64,000 nt of DNA from a virus. The position numbers and the translations under genes are program-made. Below, piece after piece: positions 28,092 through 38,898 of this stretch. The notes beneath the pieces are model-generated. The model made no database searches, was not told the origin of the DNA, and saw nothing but the letters and a program-made list of their open reading frames with translations. The first letter of the stretch is position 1. Each line of letters opens with the position of its first letter. The stretch spans positions 4,180 through 68,179 of IMG/VR virus record IMGVR_UViG_3300007640_000033. One strand, written 5' to 3'.

Positions 28092-31000
28092 TATCTTCCA
28101 ACAATCGCCAGACAACTCGGGTAACATATTATGTGAATTAGATTATCAAAACATAATATTAGTTGACCCAAATAAAACTATTGATGATAATAGTAATGTT
28201 GCGGAAAGATTAGTAGACCATGAAAATTTGGTAATGTATGCTAATTTAGAGGCACAACAAATCCCAAGAACAAGATTGGCAGTAGGAGGTTCACCTGAAG
28301 ATGTTGTCAGAAATATTTCAATAGCTGAAATAAATTTTCTAAGACCTGGTGTAAAAAACCCAAATGGTCCAAATTTCCTTACTAATGAATACACTGACGA
28401 AATTACTGGTAAAAACTCAGTGTCAGGTGAGGCTATAAACCAAAGAAAAGAACGAATAATTCAAAATTCAAATAATGATTATTATTATATTAATGAGTTA
28501 GTTGATAAAAATAATAATATTGATACAGGGTTACTTGGTATTACAAGTATTAGGATAAAAACAGGTATGAGTTTCATTCCAACAGTTACGATGGAACTTG
28601 AAGACATACAAGGTAGGGCTTTATTTGAAAAAGGAGAACAATCACCTTATGCCGTATTTTTTAATTTACCATATCCACAGTTTTACTTGACAATCAAAGG
28701 ATATTATGGACAAGCTGTTAGGTATCAATTAGCGTTAGAAACCTTCAATGCCCGATTCAATACTCAAAGTGGTAACTACATGATAACTTTAGTATTTAGA
28801 GGTTTTAAATATAACATACTAAATGAAATAAAATTGGGTTATTTGTTGGCGGCACCACACATGTATGCAACAACATATAAAATTTCACCAAGTACTCCCA
28901 CACAAGGTGAGGGCTCGGCACAAAATAGTGTTGGTAACACTAGTGGCGCTGTTAGAAATGTCATAAGTGAAGGTGGTTATCAGAAAATACACGAAGTTTA
29001 TAGTGAATATAAAAGCAAAGGGTTATTACCGGCTGATTTTCCTGAGTTGACTCTAAGTCAACTTATTAAGAGAATGGATAGATTTGAATTATTAATTTCA
29101 AATTCTATGGAACAAGCAGATTTAGGTCCACTAACAGATGCTCAAAGTTATCTTATTGATGTTGAAAATTACGCAAAAGATGTTTATTCAACACCACAAG
29201 AATCATGGTTTGATAAATACATTGACACTTCTTCATTTTTAGTTTTATCGAAAAATAATCAAAGAGTTTATAGATTAAAAAAACAATTTAGAGAAGACAG
29301 TACATCAAGAGAAAAAGCGATATCTGAATTAAAAGCTATTATTGTTAATTCTAATAGACTATTAAAAGAAAATTTGACTTTTGGTGACAAAGGAACATCA
29401 CCAATACAAAACTCAATTGATTTTCCTGATTTTATTGTAAATGCTGAAGCAGCTAATGTTGATTGGGAAAAAACATATATTGAATATTTTGGTAGCGCTG
29501 GAACCGCTCTTCAAATAGAAACATTTAGAACACAATTAGTTCAAGAAGGATATTTTGACCAAATATTAGAAACAGATGCTAGCGGTAATATAAATTCGTA
29601 TAATATCTTTTTTGTATTTGAGGGTGCTGACGGTACATTTTTATCTCAAATAAATCAAATGATAAAATTAGCTAACTCTAAAAAAACAGATATAGAACAA
29701 TCTTTAGCATTAAAGTTATCTAAATTAGTTGAGAGTAAAAGTTCGGGTATAGGGTTTAAACCTTCAATTAGAAACTTTATTGCAGTTATCATGGCGAACA
29801 CCGAAGGTTTCATAAGATTGATGAGTGATGTTCATAGAGACGCTTATGAAAGTAGAAATAGTCCTGTAAGACAAAATGTTATAAAAGCACAAAGAACTTC
29901 AGCATCAAACCAAGATAGGAATGAAGATTCAGAAGTTTATCCATGGCCTCAGTTTTTTGTTGAAGTTTCTGAAGGTAATGCTGAAAGATTCCAATTGAAA
30001 TATATTGGAGACCCGGCATACAGAGACCTAACCCAATCGTATAATACTAAAGCATGGCCTGAAGTTGCGTTTGTTGAAGAATTTATGCGTGGTTCTGCCG
30101 AAACTTTACAAAGACAAGAATCAACGGCAATTGATGATGAGGTAAATACTGTGAGAAGAATTACGGTAAACGCTTTAGAATTCCCACAAACAAACGCCCC
30201 TTATTTGAATAAGGAAGAAATAAAATATTTCTTTGAGATTTGGGAGAGATTTTATATGTTGTCACACTATACTAGACTATCTAGAGAAACCGCTCAGACA
30301 AGTGAGATTTATGATGTAATGGCAACTTTAGAAGCGGATAATATTGTAACAAGTTTAGGTGAGTCAAACCCTTATCTAATAAACAAGTTAAAACAATATG
30401 ATTTTAATTCAGCAAACTACGTAAACTACTTATCTACAATCTCAAATGAAGGTAAGGGTGTTGCCATTCAACAGTTTATTAGAGATTATTATGTTACAGG
30501 TTACATCCAAGCAATAACTGAAAACACATATGAACTTTTTGATGGGGAGTATGCAAAATCAGGAGTTGCTCAAGTAAATAATAATTCTAAAGAGTTAGAT
30601 AAATTAATTTCATACATAGCATCAACTAAATCTGATTCAGTTGACGTTACTGACACATACCCATTTGTTATCAATAGTTGGACACAAGAAAATTTACAAG
30701 ATGGACTACAGAGTGGTTCCGTTGAAAATGTATATAATACATCAAGGTCAATTTATTTCAATGAAGATAAAAAACTCATAGCCAATTTTACAACTAATAC
30801 TAATTTACAAAGTAACAGACCTGTAACTTCATTCGGATTCAACGACCCTGTATATCCACAAATTGATGACTTTACTGAATTCTACGATACTAGGTCACCT
30901 TATTCTTGTTTTATAACTGAAGGTTCGTTGAATTATTATGACTATGATGGAAACACAACCGCGACACAGACAGCGTCTATAATGAATACCCCATACTTTA

Positions 31001-34000
31001 CAAATGCCATCCAACAGGGTACGTATGATTGGTTGAACGGTCAGGAATATCCATTTATACAAGGGGCTTATTTGTTATTGAATAGTTTGCCATTGGCAAC
31101 AGTATCGGAAAGATATAAAACAAGTGATGAGGATACTAAAAGTTACAACGACCTAAATTATATATTTGCTTCATTTAGAAAATATGGCGCAATTCATAAG
31201 TTACCTTATGCATGGATTCTAAAATATGGTAGTATTTGGCACCGTTATAAGACATATATAAACACTGGTACTGACATTTTAGATACGGTTTGGAGTGGAC
31301 AAAGTTATTTGAATAACTATGACCCTATTACTAATGATATAAAGAAAAGATATGAGATTGTAACCAATGGGGAAACATATTCAATAGTACTTGCTGATAC
31401 AACAGTTGATTCTTTAGGTACAACTGAAACCACCACAAACGTTGGTTTTTATCCTAGACTTATGAATGATTATTATGTCTTCCTAAATGGATATAATCTT
31501 TTTGCAACATATACAAGTGAAGACATACAAAGTGCTATTGACAGAGGTGAGTTGTATGTTGGTAACGTTCTGAATCAAAATATATTTGGTGAAGATACTA
31601 ATGATACAAATAGAACTGTTTCTGTTTCTCCATGGAGTACTTTTGTAAAAAGAAGAAGAACAAACAACGAATATTTCATATTACCCTCAATGGGTGGTAT
31701 TCCTTCAATAGGGGATGACGTAACACAAATTCAGTCCGAATGTTTTGCAAATGGGGATATGATTTTGGAGGTTTCAGGTAATACAAACATTTATGATGGA
31801 ACTGTAAGAACATTTTGGGGAGCACCAACTTATGGTTATTACGAAACTGATAAGGTTACAAAACCGCAGTATAATGAGTACATGAAGGTACTTACCCAAG
31901 ACATAATTGAAACTGTACAACACGCATTTGCAATTGATGGTTATGAGACAGTATCACCATATAAGTCCATTGAAGATGTATTTGGGGTTTTTGAAAGAGG
32001 TGTGTTAGATTTGATGGAACAAGAATTTTTGAATTTCTCAAAACCAGTTTATTCATTATCTACAACAAATGGAAGTACAAGAATTGGGGTATTCAATGTA
32101 GACCAAGGTGACCAAAATAGACAATATAAAAATTTCCAATTATTGATTAGAAGTATTCTATTGGTTCAGAATGTTGGGTCAAATGATTTTAGTGATTTGG
32201 TAAATGAACTTACACAAAAACAATTTGCTAACATTACAAATACGTTGAGTAACTTCATGGAATATGATGTGGTATTGAAATTAGGTAATCCATCACAATT
32301 CAATAGAAGATTATTCAATTCATTTTCAAGCCAACCACCTGTTGATAAAATATCATTCTCACCTTATGTTCCTGGTACATTACCGGGCGATGGTGTAACT
32401 GTCGCTCAATCAAGAGCACTAAATACACCTGCTTGGAATGCTTTAGATTTATATGTTGGGTTTAGTAATATAGAAGGAATTGCCTACCCAACAACCGCAA
32501 TTGCCGAAGATTCGGCTTCATTTATTACCGATTTCTTCATAGATAATAATATTGCGTTTACTGAAAGTAATGTTATACAAACAGCACCATTGATAAAAAT
32601 GTATGCCACTCAGAAATATTTGGATAACGATTTGAATGCCGCTGGATTTACAACTCTTATTGATAATCTAAGAACAACACAGGCTGATTTCCAATCAAAT
32701 TCATTCAACTCGATGTTTGTGAAAGTCAGAAAAAACTTACCTTTGGTAGATGCTCAACCCGTTAGAAATAATCCAAGTATAGTAACAGGTACACAATTAC
32801 ACAGTGAGTTATATGAACAGTTTAAAGCTATAAACGATAAATGGATTGCGGGTTATGATTACTCAAACAAAACATTATTTGAAGATATTCTCTTCTTGGA
32901 TAGAGCAAGTAGAAATATTGGAGACACTGTCATTGCTGACATCTACGATTTAAAGAATTACTTTAATTCTCTAAATGTTGACGGTACAGTACAAGATTAC
33001 ATTACAGGTATTCTAACAAAGAATCACTTTGTTGTAATGCCAATGCCAGCGTATATAAATTTTTATAACGTACAGAACGTTAGTCAAAACGTAACACCTA
33101 AAATTGAGGGTAGTTTAGATTTTGCAAATAAAATGTGGGGAACGTATCTAAATGTGGATACAAGAGCAACCACCTCAAAATTAGTTTGTTTCTATGTTGA
33201 TAGACCATCTGAAATTTTGGATATGAACGAAAATTCAGATTTTAGATTTAGAAATGACGGTTTTGATTTGAGAAGAGCATCAGACAATCCACTATTAGAA
33301 GACCAAACAAATAAAACGGATTGGGCATTATCTAATAGGGTTGTTGGATTTAATGTGGATGTTGGTATTAGAAACCAAAATGTATTCCACGGGTTTACCG
33401 TTTCACAAGAACCTGGTAAAGCAACGGCTGAATCTTTACAAGCGTTGGATAATATGATTTCCCAAGCAAATGGTAAAAATACAAACACACAAAACGTGAG
33501 TTTATATTCAATTTATAAGACAAGAAGTTATCAGTCTACAGTTCAATGTTTGGGTAACGCAATGATTCAACCTACGATGTATTACAACCTAAGACACGTA
33601 CCAATGTTCAATGGTGCATATATGATTATGGATGTTGAACACATAGTAAGTCCCGGACAATTTGAAACAACATTTACAGGTATGAGACAACCTGTCATTG
33701 CATTATCAACCATTGATAATTACATACAACAACTAAATCAGAATTTACTTACAAAGATTGTTGGTGAGATTAATCAAAAACGAGGACAACAAGTTCAAAG
33801 TAGAGAACAGCAATCAAATGATATTAATAAAACACAAGAAGCGTCACAACCACAAAATAATTCTCAAACATCACCACCAAATACGTGTAATGAGAAACTT
33901 AATGTTGAATATGAAACTTTCTTGGAAGCAACCGTTACTCAAAGAACACACACATATCAAGAGGTGTACGATATTATAGTATCATCACTTGATAATGAGG

Positions 34001-34950
34001 CATTCAATAATCTTACTGAAATACAAAAAACAACTCTTACTTATTTGGTATTTGGAACATTGTTTATTGAAAATGGTGATTCATCAGCATTCAATTCAAA
34101 GAACTATAACATTGCAAATATTAATTTAGAAAAACTTTGGGGTGGTAATTTATCAAATTATTTCACCGAAGAATATTTCTGTGCGACGTTCCAAAGCGGT
34201 AACATTAAACCAATGGCTAGTTTTGAATTTTTAGAGGATAATATCTATTTTGCAATGATAAGATTAAAAGATAGGGTGTTGAATATGACAACAAATGCGG
34301 TTGGAGTACCAACAGTTGATAGTGAATCTGACGTTTATATAAAATATTGGCCAAGAGATAACTCATTGAGTGATGAACAAGTCACTCAAGTTAAGACAAC
34401 AAGACCTGAAATTGTTACTAAGTTTGGAAAAGCCAATGATTTAGTAAATGAATTATCAGGAACACAAGACCCAACAACTAATACAACTACAAACACAAGT
34501 TCAAGCGTATTTGAAGAATTAGCTACAATTACTAAGAGTGAGATACCATATATTAGTAATAATAATCCTTATGGTACAGAATCTTTTAGTGTACAACTAA
34601 AACCAAATGTTGGTTTATGGGATATATTTATTTTCAATTATGGTTATAAAACAATTCCTGATGACCCAAATGTTGTAGAATTAGGTGGTGGTGATTGTTC
34701 ACCTTTTGTACTAAATAGGTCAAATTATATTAGTAGTGATAAACAATCTATAGTTGAAATTGATGTCTTGTATGATTTAGTTATTGCTGATGTATTAGGT
34801 GAGGATGTGGATGACTTACCACCATCAGAATTTAGGGGACAATACCTATTCCAATTTGAAATGGCATTCCAACCAATAAATTCAGATGGTTCTCTTGATA
34901 CTAGTAGAACACAAAAATATCAAAGATTCGATATTTTCTTTAAACTTTGA
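28081..34950 (+). CDS. Giant baseplate hub protein (gp27/VgrG-like) with large insertions
   Basis: N-terminal GITSIRI...VTMELED and LGNAMIQP...GAYMIMDVEH.VSPGQFETTFTG typical of hub proteins; follows the gp53-like gene. Confidence 0.6.
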   Translation: MANDIFQQSPDNSGNILCELDYQNIILVDPNKTIDDNSNVAERLVDHENLVMYANLEAQQIPRTRLAVGGSPEDVVRNISIAEINFLRPGVKNPNGPNFLTNEYTDEITGKNSVSGEAINQRKERIIQNSNNDYYYINELVDKNNNIDTGLLGITSIRIKTGMSFIPTVTMELEDIQGRALFEKGEQSPYAVFFNLPYPQFYLTIKGYYGQAVRYQLALETFNARFNTQSGNYMITLVFRGFKYNILNEIKLGYLLAAPHMYATTYKISPSTPTQGEGSAQNSVGNTSGAVRNVISEGGYQKIHEVYSEYKSKGLLPADFPELTLSQLIKRMDRFELLISNSMEQADLGPLTDAQSYLIDVENYAKDVYSTPQESWFDKYIDTSSFLVLSKNNQRVYRLKKQFREDSTSREKAISELKAIIVNSNRLLKENLTFGDKGTSPIQNSIDFPDFIVNAEAANVDWEKTYIEYFGSAGTALQIETFRTQLVQEGYFDQILETDASGNINSYNIFFVFEGADGTFLSQINQMIKLANSKKTDIEQSLALKLSKLVESKSSGIGFKPSIRNFIAVIMANTEGFIRLMSDVHRDAYESRNSPVRQNVIKAQRTSASNQDRNEDSEVYPWPQFFVEVSEGNAERFQLKYIGDPAYRDLTQSYNTKAWPEVAFVEEFMRGSAETLQRQESTAIDDEVNTVRRITVNALEFPQTNAPYLNKEEIKYFFEIWERFYMLSHYTRLSRETAQTSEIYDVMATLEADNIVTSLGESNPYLINKLKQYDFNSANYVNYLSTISNEGKGVAIQQFIRDYYVTGYIQAITENTYELFDGEYAKSGVAQVNNNSKELDKLISYIASTKSDSVDVTDTYPFVINSWTQENLQDGLQSGSVENVYNTSRSIYFNEDKKLIANFTTNTNLQSNRPVTSFGFNDPVYPQIDDFTEFYDTRSPYSCFITEGSLNYYDYDGNTTATQTASIMNTPYFTNAIQQGTYDWLNGQEYPFIQGAYLLLNSLPLATVSERYKTSDEDTKSYNDLNYIFASFRKYGAIHKLPYAWILKYGSIWHRYKTYINTGTDILDTVWSGQSYLNNYDPITNDIKKRYEIVTNGETYSIVLADTTVDSLGTTETTTNVGFYPRLMNDYYVFLNGYNLFATYTSEDIQSAIDRGELYVGNVLNQNIFGEDTNDTNRTVSVSPWSTFVKRRRTNNEYFILPSMGGIPSIGDDVTQIQSECFANGDMILEVSGNTNIYDGTVRTFWGAPTYGYYETDKVTKPQYNEYMKVLTQDIIETVQHAFAIDGYETVSPYKSIEDVFGVFERGVLDLMEQEFLNFSKPVYSLSTTNGSTRIGVFNVDQGDQNRQYKNFQLLIRSILLVQNVGSNDFSDLVNELTQKQFANITNTLSNFMEYDVVLKLGNPSQFNRRLFNSFSSQPPVDKISFSPYVPGTLPGDGVTVAQSRALNTPAWNALDLYVGFSNIEGIAYPTTAIAEDSASFITDFFIDNNIAFTESNVIQTAPLIKMYATQKYLDNDLNAAGFTTLIDNLRTTQADFQSNSFNSMFVKVRKNLPLVDAQPVRNNPSIVTGTQLHSELYEQFKAINDKWIAGYDYSNKTLFEDILFLDRASRNIGDTVIADIYDLKNYFNSLNVDGTVQDYITGILTKNHFVVMPMPAYINFYNVQNVSQNVTPKIEGSLDFANKMWGTYLNVDTRATTSKLVCFYVDRPSEILDMNENSDFRFRNDGFDLRRASDNPLLEDQTNKTDWALSNRVVGFNVDVGIRNQNVFHGFTVSQEPGKATAESLQALDNMISQANGKNTNTQNVSLYSIYKTRSYQSTVQCLGNAMIQPTMYYNLRHVPMFNGAYMIMDVEHIVSPGQFETTFTGMRQPVIALSTIDNYIQQLNQNLLTKIVGEINQKRGQQVQSREQQSNDINKTQEASQPQNNSQTSPPNTCNEKLNVEYETFLEATVTQRTHTYQEVYDIIVSSLDNEAFNNLTEIQKTTLTYLVFGTLFIENGDSSAFNSKNYNIANINLEKLWGGNLSNYFTEEYFCATFQSGNIKPMASFEFLEDNIYFAMIRLKDRVLNMTTNAVGVPTVDSESDVYIKYWPRDNSLSDEQVTQVKTTRPEIVTKFGKANDLVNELSGTQDPTTNTTTNTSSSVFEELATITKSEIPYISNNNPYGTESFSVQLKPNVGLWDIFIFNYGYKTIPDDPNVVELGGGDCSPFVLNRSNYISSDKQSIVEIDVLYDLVIADVLGEDVDDLPPSEFRGQYLFQFEMAFQPINSDGSLDTSRTQKYQRFDIFFKL

Positions 34951-34972
34951 TATTTATCATAAAAAGAATGTT

Positions 34973-35197
34973 ATGGACATAAATATGATTTTAGATAGTT
35001 ACCTTGGTAAAAAAACCAGAACTAGTGAAAAAGACATGGGCGACGGTACCAAACAGGTGTGTGATTTAGATACAGGTGATTGTTATGTTGTTAGAATGAA
35101 AGACGGTCTAATCGAGAGAGTTGACAACACAATGCAAACACACAAAAGAGTCCAAGTAGAAACGCCGCAAGGAGTTAAACAATTATTAAACGGATAA
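34973..35197 (+). CDS. Hypothetical protein (74 aa)
   Basis: ATG at 34973 downstream of TATTTAT (34951-34957); contains VCDLDTGDC. Confidence 0.65.
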   Translation: MDINMILDSYLGKKTRTSEKDMGDGTKQVCDLDTGDCYVVRMKDGLIERVDNTMQTHKRVQVETPQGVKQLLNG

Positions 35198-35201
35198 TCC
35201 A

Positions 35202-35837
35202 ATGAGCGTTGAAAAGAAAATATTAGATGAAATTAATAGATACAAACGTATCAATAAGTATATAGCAGAACAAGACGTTCCCGCTCCTCCTGGAGTTGAA
35301 CCTACTTCTGATGAAGAAACACCACCTACTGAAGTTTCTCCAATACCACCAACTAATGCTGAACCAATTGATATTGAATCAGACCCTGATGTTGAAAAAA
35401 TTGGTGACGAAGGTAATGTTGAAGAACCCGAAACTGGTGAATCAGACGAAGTTGATGTTACTGAATTAGTAACATCTCAAAAAGATATTGCATCAAAACA
35501 AGACCAATATTTTGAGCAATTGTTTGGTCAACTATCTAATTTAGAACAAAAATTAGGTGAAATGGATAGTTTAGTACAACAATTAAATTCATTAGAAATG
35601 AAAATTGAGAAGATGAGACCTAAAACTCCTGAAGAAAAATTAGAGTTAAGAAGTTTAGATAGTGGTCCATTTAATCAAAAACTTACAGACTTTTTTGTTG
35701 ACAAAAAAGATGAAATGGAAAAGACAGGAAAGAATGAATATGTCCTAACTTCTGATGAAGTGGAGGATGTAAATCCTGACGAAATTAGAAAAACATTTGA
35801 TAGTTCTTCTGATGAGGAGAATGAATTCAGATATTGA
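35202..35837 (+). CDS. Acidic Pro-rich coiled-coil protein, possibly head-internal or scaffold-like
   Basis: Basic N-terminal helix ending in YIAEQ, acidic Pro/Glu linker, leucine heptads. Confidence 0.55.
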   Translation: MSVEKKILDEINRYKRINKYIAEQDVPAPPGVEPTSDEETPPTEVSPIPPTNAEPIDIESDPDVEKIGDEGNVEEPETGESDEVDVTELVTSQKDIASKQDQYFEQLFGQLSNLEQKLGEMDSLVQQLNSLEMKIEKMRPKTPEEKLELRSLDSGPFNQKLTDFFVDKKDEMEKTGKNEYVLTSDEVEDVNPDEIRKTFDSSSDEENEFRY

Positions 35838-35864
35838 TTTTTATGTTATTTTGATTATACTATG

Positions 35865-35893
35865 GGTTGGTGGAAACACCAACCTTTTTTTTT
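35865..35893 (+). terminator. Intrinsic terminator
   Basis: GGTTGGTG-GAAA-CACCAACC followed by 9 T. Confidence 0.85.
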
Positions 35894-35902
35894 ATAACGT
35901 CA

Positions 35903-35934
35903 TTTGACAAAGAAAAAAACAATAACTAATTTTG
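35903..35934 (+). promoter_or_regulatory. Bacteroidota-type promoter for the replication operon
   Basis: TTTG (35903-35906), 20-nt spacer, TAATTTTG (35927-35934). Confidence 0.7.
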
Positions 35935-35959
35935 AACTAAACAAGTAAAACAAAAAAAC

Positions 35960-36814
35960 ATGAGTAACACATTAGACGCCGTTTTGGCACAGTATGAAAA
36001 ATCAAAATCCGCGGGCGGAAACAGTAACAGCAAGATGTCCCAAGAAGAGAGAATGAAGAAGTACTTCGCTTGTATTCTTGGAGACAATCAATCATCAGGA
36101 CAACGTAGAGTACGTATCCTACCAACACCAGATGGTTCAAGTCCATTTGTTGAAGTTTGGTACCACGAAATCCAAGTTGGTGGTAAATGGCAAAAATTTT
36201 ATGACCCAGGAAAAAATGACAATGAACGTTCACCTTTGAATGAGGTTTATGAAGAACTTATGTCTACGGGTAAAGAATCCGATAAAGAGTTGGCTAAACA
36301 ATATAAGTCACGTAAATTTTACATTGTAAAAGTTGTTGACCGTGATGCTGAAGACGAGGGTGTGAAATTTTGGAGATTTAAACACAATTATAAAAATGAA
36401 GGTATCCTTGATAAGATTATTCCTATTTGGAGACAAAAAGGTGATATTACCGATTCACAAAAAGGTCGAGACCTTATCATTGAATTGACTAAGTCTAAAA
36501 CAGGTGCTGGTAAAGCGTATACCAATGTATCAACAATTATGTATGATGACCCTTGTGTTCTTCATGAGAATGCAGACACAATGAAAACGTGGTTGGAAGA
36601 CGAATTGACTTGGGAAGATGTTTATTCTAAAAAACCTGTAGAATATCTTGAAGCAATTGCTCGTGGTGAAGTACCTCGTTGGGATTCTGACCAAGGAAAA
36701 TACATCTATGGTGATGATATGAGTGAGACAATGACTATGGGTGGTTCAAATAGTTCTAGTAACTATACAGACCCACAGGCTAATATGGATGCGGACGAAG
36801 ACCTTCCATTCTAA
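35960..36814 (+). CDS. Single-stranded DNA-binding protein (T4 gp32-like)
   Basis: VRILP...PFVEVWYH, VKVVDR....GVKFW, GRDLII motifs; acidic tail ending DEDLPF; first gene of the SSB-RecA-exonuclease block. Confidence 0.8.
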   Translation: MSNTLDAVLAQYEKSKSAGGNSNSKMSQEERMKKYFACILGDNQSSGQRRVRILPTPDGSSPFVEVWYHEIQVGGKWQKFYDPGKNDNERSPLNEVYEELMSTGKESDKELAKQYKSRKFYIVKVVDRDAEDEGVKFWRFKHNYKNEGILDKIIPIWRQKGDITDSQKGRDLIIELTKSKTGAGKAYTNVSTIMYDDPCVLHENADTMKTWLEDELTWEDVYSKKPVEYLEAIARGEVPRWDSDQGKYIYGDDMSETMTMGGSNSSSNYTDPQANMDADEDLPF

Positions 36815-36826
36815 AAAAACTAATCT

Positions 36827-36860
36827 GATGGTGCAGGCAATGTCTGCACCATCTTTTATT
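36827..36860 (+). terminator. Intrinsic terminator / hairpin after the SSB gene
   Basis: GATGGTGCAG ... CTGCACCATC stem followed by TTTTATT. Confidence 0.75.
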
Positions 36861-36872
36861 ATTCAATAATAT

Positions 36873-37877
36873 ATGGCAATCAAAAAAAATGATTTTAGCT
36901 CACTGAAGAAGAAGTTTTCGACTTCAGCAAAATACAAACCACAACGTTATTTTGACTTAGGTCAAGATTTCTTAGACGCTGTTGGTTTACCTGGTCCAGC
37001 AATTGGGCATTTAAATATGTTTCTTGGTCACTCAGACACAGGGAAAACAACTGCGTTAGTAAAGGCTGCGGTGTCTGCACAAAAACAAGGTATTTTACCG
37101 GTGTTCATTATTACAGAACAAAAATGGTCATTTGAACATGCGAAGTTGATGGGTTTTGAGTGTGAAGAGGTTGTTGATACCGAAACAGGTGAGATGGATT
37201 GGGACGGATTTTTCATCTTCAATAATAACTTCAGTTATATTGAACAAATTACTGATTATATAAATCAACTTTTAGATGCACAAGAAAAAGGTGAATTAGA
37301 ATATGATTTATTATTTCTTTGGGATTCAGTTGGTTCAGTGCCATGTAAGATGACATATGAAGGTAAAGGTGGTAAACAACACAATGCAGCGGTTTTAGCG
37401 GATAAAATAGGTATGGGTATCAACCAACGCATTTCAGGGTCTCGTAAGTCAGATTCTAAATATGAGAATACACTTGTAATTGTTAATCAACCATGGGTTG
37501 AATTACCTGATAATCCATTTGGACAACCTAAAATTAAAGCTAAAGGTGGTGAAGCAATTTGGTTGAATTCATCTTTAGTGTTTTTGTTTGGTAATCAAAA
37601 AGGTGCTGGTACAAATAAAATTACAGCAACTAAAGACAAAAGAACTGTAAAATTTGCTATTAGAACAAAAGTGTCTGTTCTAAAAAATCACATAAATGGA
37701 CTTGGTTATGAAGACGGAAGAATTATTGTAACCCCACATGGATTTTTAGCTGGTAAAGAAGCGACTGAGGAGAAAAAGTCCATTGAACAGTATAAGAAAG
37801 ATTATGCTGAATATTGGAAAGAAATTATTGGTACTGACGGAGAATTTTCTTTGAAAGAAGAAGAATCTGAACAATAA
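36873..37877 (+). CDS. recA: RecA/UvsX-like recombinase
   Basis: Walker A GHSDTGKT, Walker B LFLWDSVG, IVNQ, KGGEA and VLKNH. Confidence 0.85.
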   Translation: MAIKKNDFSSLKKKFSTSAKYKPQRYFDLGQDFLDAVGLPGPAIGHLNMFLGHSDTGKTTALVKAAVSAQKQGILPVFIITEQKWSFEHAKLMGFECEEVVDTETGEMDWDGFFIFNNNFSYIEQITDYINQLLDAQEKGELEYDLLFLWDSVGSVPCKMTYEGKGGKQHNAAVLADKIGMGINQRISGSRKSDSKYENTLVIVNQPWVELPDNPFGQPKIKAKGGEAIWLNSSLVFLFGNQKGAGTNKITATKDKRTVKFAIRTKVSVLKNHINGLGYEDGRIIVTPHGFLAGKEATEEKKSIEQYKKDYAEYWKEIIGTDGEFSLKEEESEQ

Positions 37878-37887
37878 ATAAAATATT

Positions 37888-38895
37888 GTGAAAACTTTAT
37901 TAGTTGATGGAGATAATTTATTTAAAATCGGATTCCATGGAGTCAAAGAATTATTCGTTGAAGGAAATCATATTGGAGGAGTGTACCACTTTATCAACAC
38001 CATTAGAAAACAAGTGGATGACAACAACTACGACAAAGTCATCGTTTTCTGGGATGGAGAAAACAATTCAATCACTAGACGTAAGATATACCCTGACTAC
38101 AAACTAAATAGAAGACAGGAAATGAACGAACATAAGTTCGAATCATACCTTGTTCAAAAAAATAGAGTTAAAGAATATCTTGAGGAATGTTTTGTTCGTC
38201 AAGTTATGATTAATGATTGTGAGTCAGATGATGGTATTTCATATTATTGTAAAATTGCTGTCGATGAAAATAAAACAATATTTTCATCAGATAAAGACTA
38301 CATCCAATTGGTTGACGATACAACATCAATATATTCCCCAATATCTAAGATTTGGTACAAAAAAGGTGATAAAGTAAAAATATCTGAATATGAATTTCCT
38401 TTATATAACGTATTCACTTTGAAAGTATTGACTGGTGATAAATCAGACAATGTGTCAGGAATTTATTATTTGGGTGAAAAAACATTAGTTAAGTTTTTTC
38501 CTGAGATTCTTGACAAACCAACATCTGTTGAGGATATTTTAACCAAGGCAGAAATTTTATTAAAAGAAGATAGAGAAAATGTTGTACTCAAAAATTTATT
38601 ATCAGGTAAAACAAAAAGTGGTATTTTTGGAGAAGAATTTTTCAGTATTAACAAAAAAATCGTAGATTTGAAGAACCCTTTAATAACAGAAGAAGGAAAA
38701 GAAATTGTTGAACTTTATTACCAAGAAACATTAGACCCTGAAGGTAGGGGATATAAAAACCTAATTCGTATGATGACAAAAGATGGTTTTATGAAATACC
38801 TTCCAAAAAACGATGAAGCGTTTGTAAACTTCATTAGACCCTTTATGAAACTAACAAGAAAAGAAAAAAGAAAATACAAAAAATCAAATAATTAA
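37888..38895 (+). CDS. 5'-3' exonuclease / RNase H (FEN, PolI N-terminal-like)
   Basis: LLVDG, VFWDG, R..IYPDYK.NR, ESDD, SSDKD and GDKSDNVSGI motifs. Confidence 0.9.
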   Translation: MKTLLVDGDNLFKIGFHGVKELFVEGNHIGGVYHFINTIRKQVDDNNYDKVIVFWDGENNSITRRKIYPDYKLNRRQEMNEHKFESYLVQKNRVKEYLEECFVRQVMINDCESDDGISYYCKIAVDENKTIFSSDKDYIQLVDDTTSIYSPISKIWYKKGDKVKISEYEFPLYNVFTLKVLTGDKSDNVSGIYYLGEKTLVKFFPEILDKPTSVEDILTKAEILLKEDRENVVLKNLLSGKTKSGIFGEEFFSINKKIVDLKNPLITEEGKEIVELYYQETLDPEGRGYKNLIRMMTKDGFMKYLPKNDEAFVNFIRPFMKLTRKEKRKYKKSNN

Positions 38896-38898
38896 ACT

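Noticed and set aside
13624-34950. Bacterial extracellular contractile injection system or tailocin locus
   Set aside because: Neck proteins and interleaved phage replication genes (PolB, gp32-like SSB, UvsX-like, helicase) indicate a phage genome.
34886-34972. Upstream start for the 34886-35197 ORF
   Set aside because: It overlaps the hub gene and precedes the TATTTAT motif; ATG 34973 fits better.
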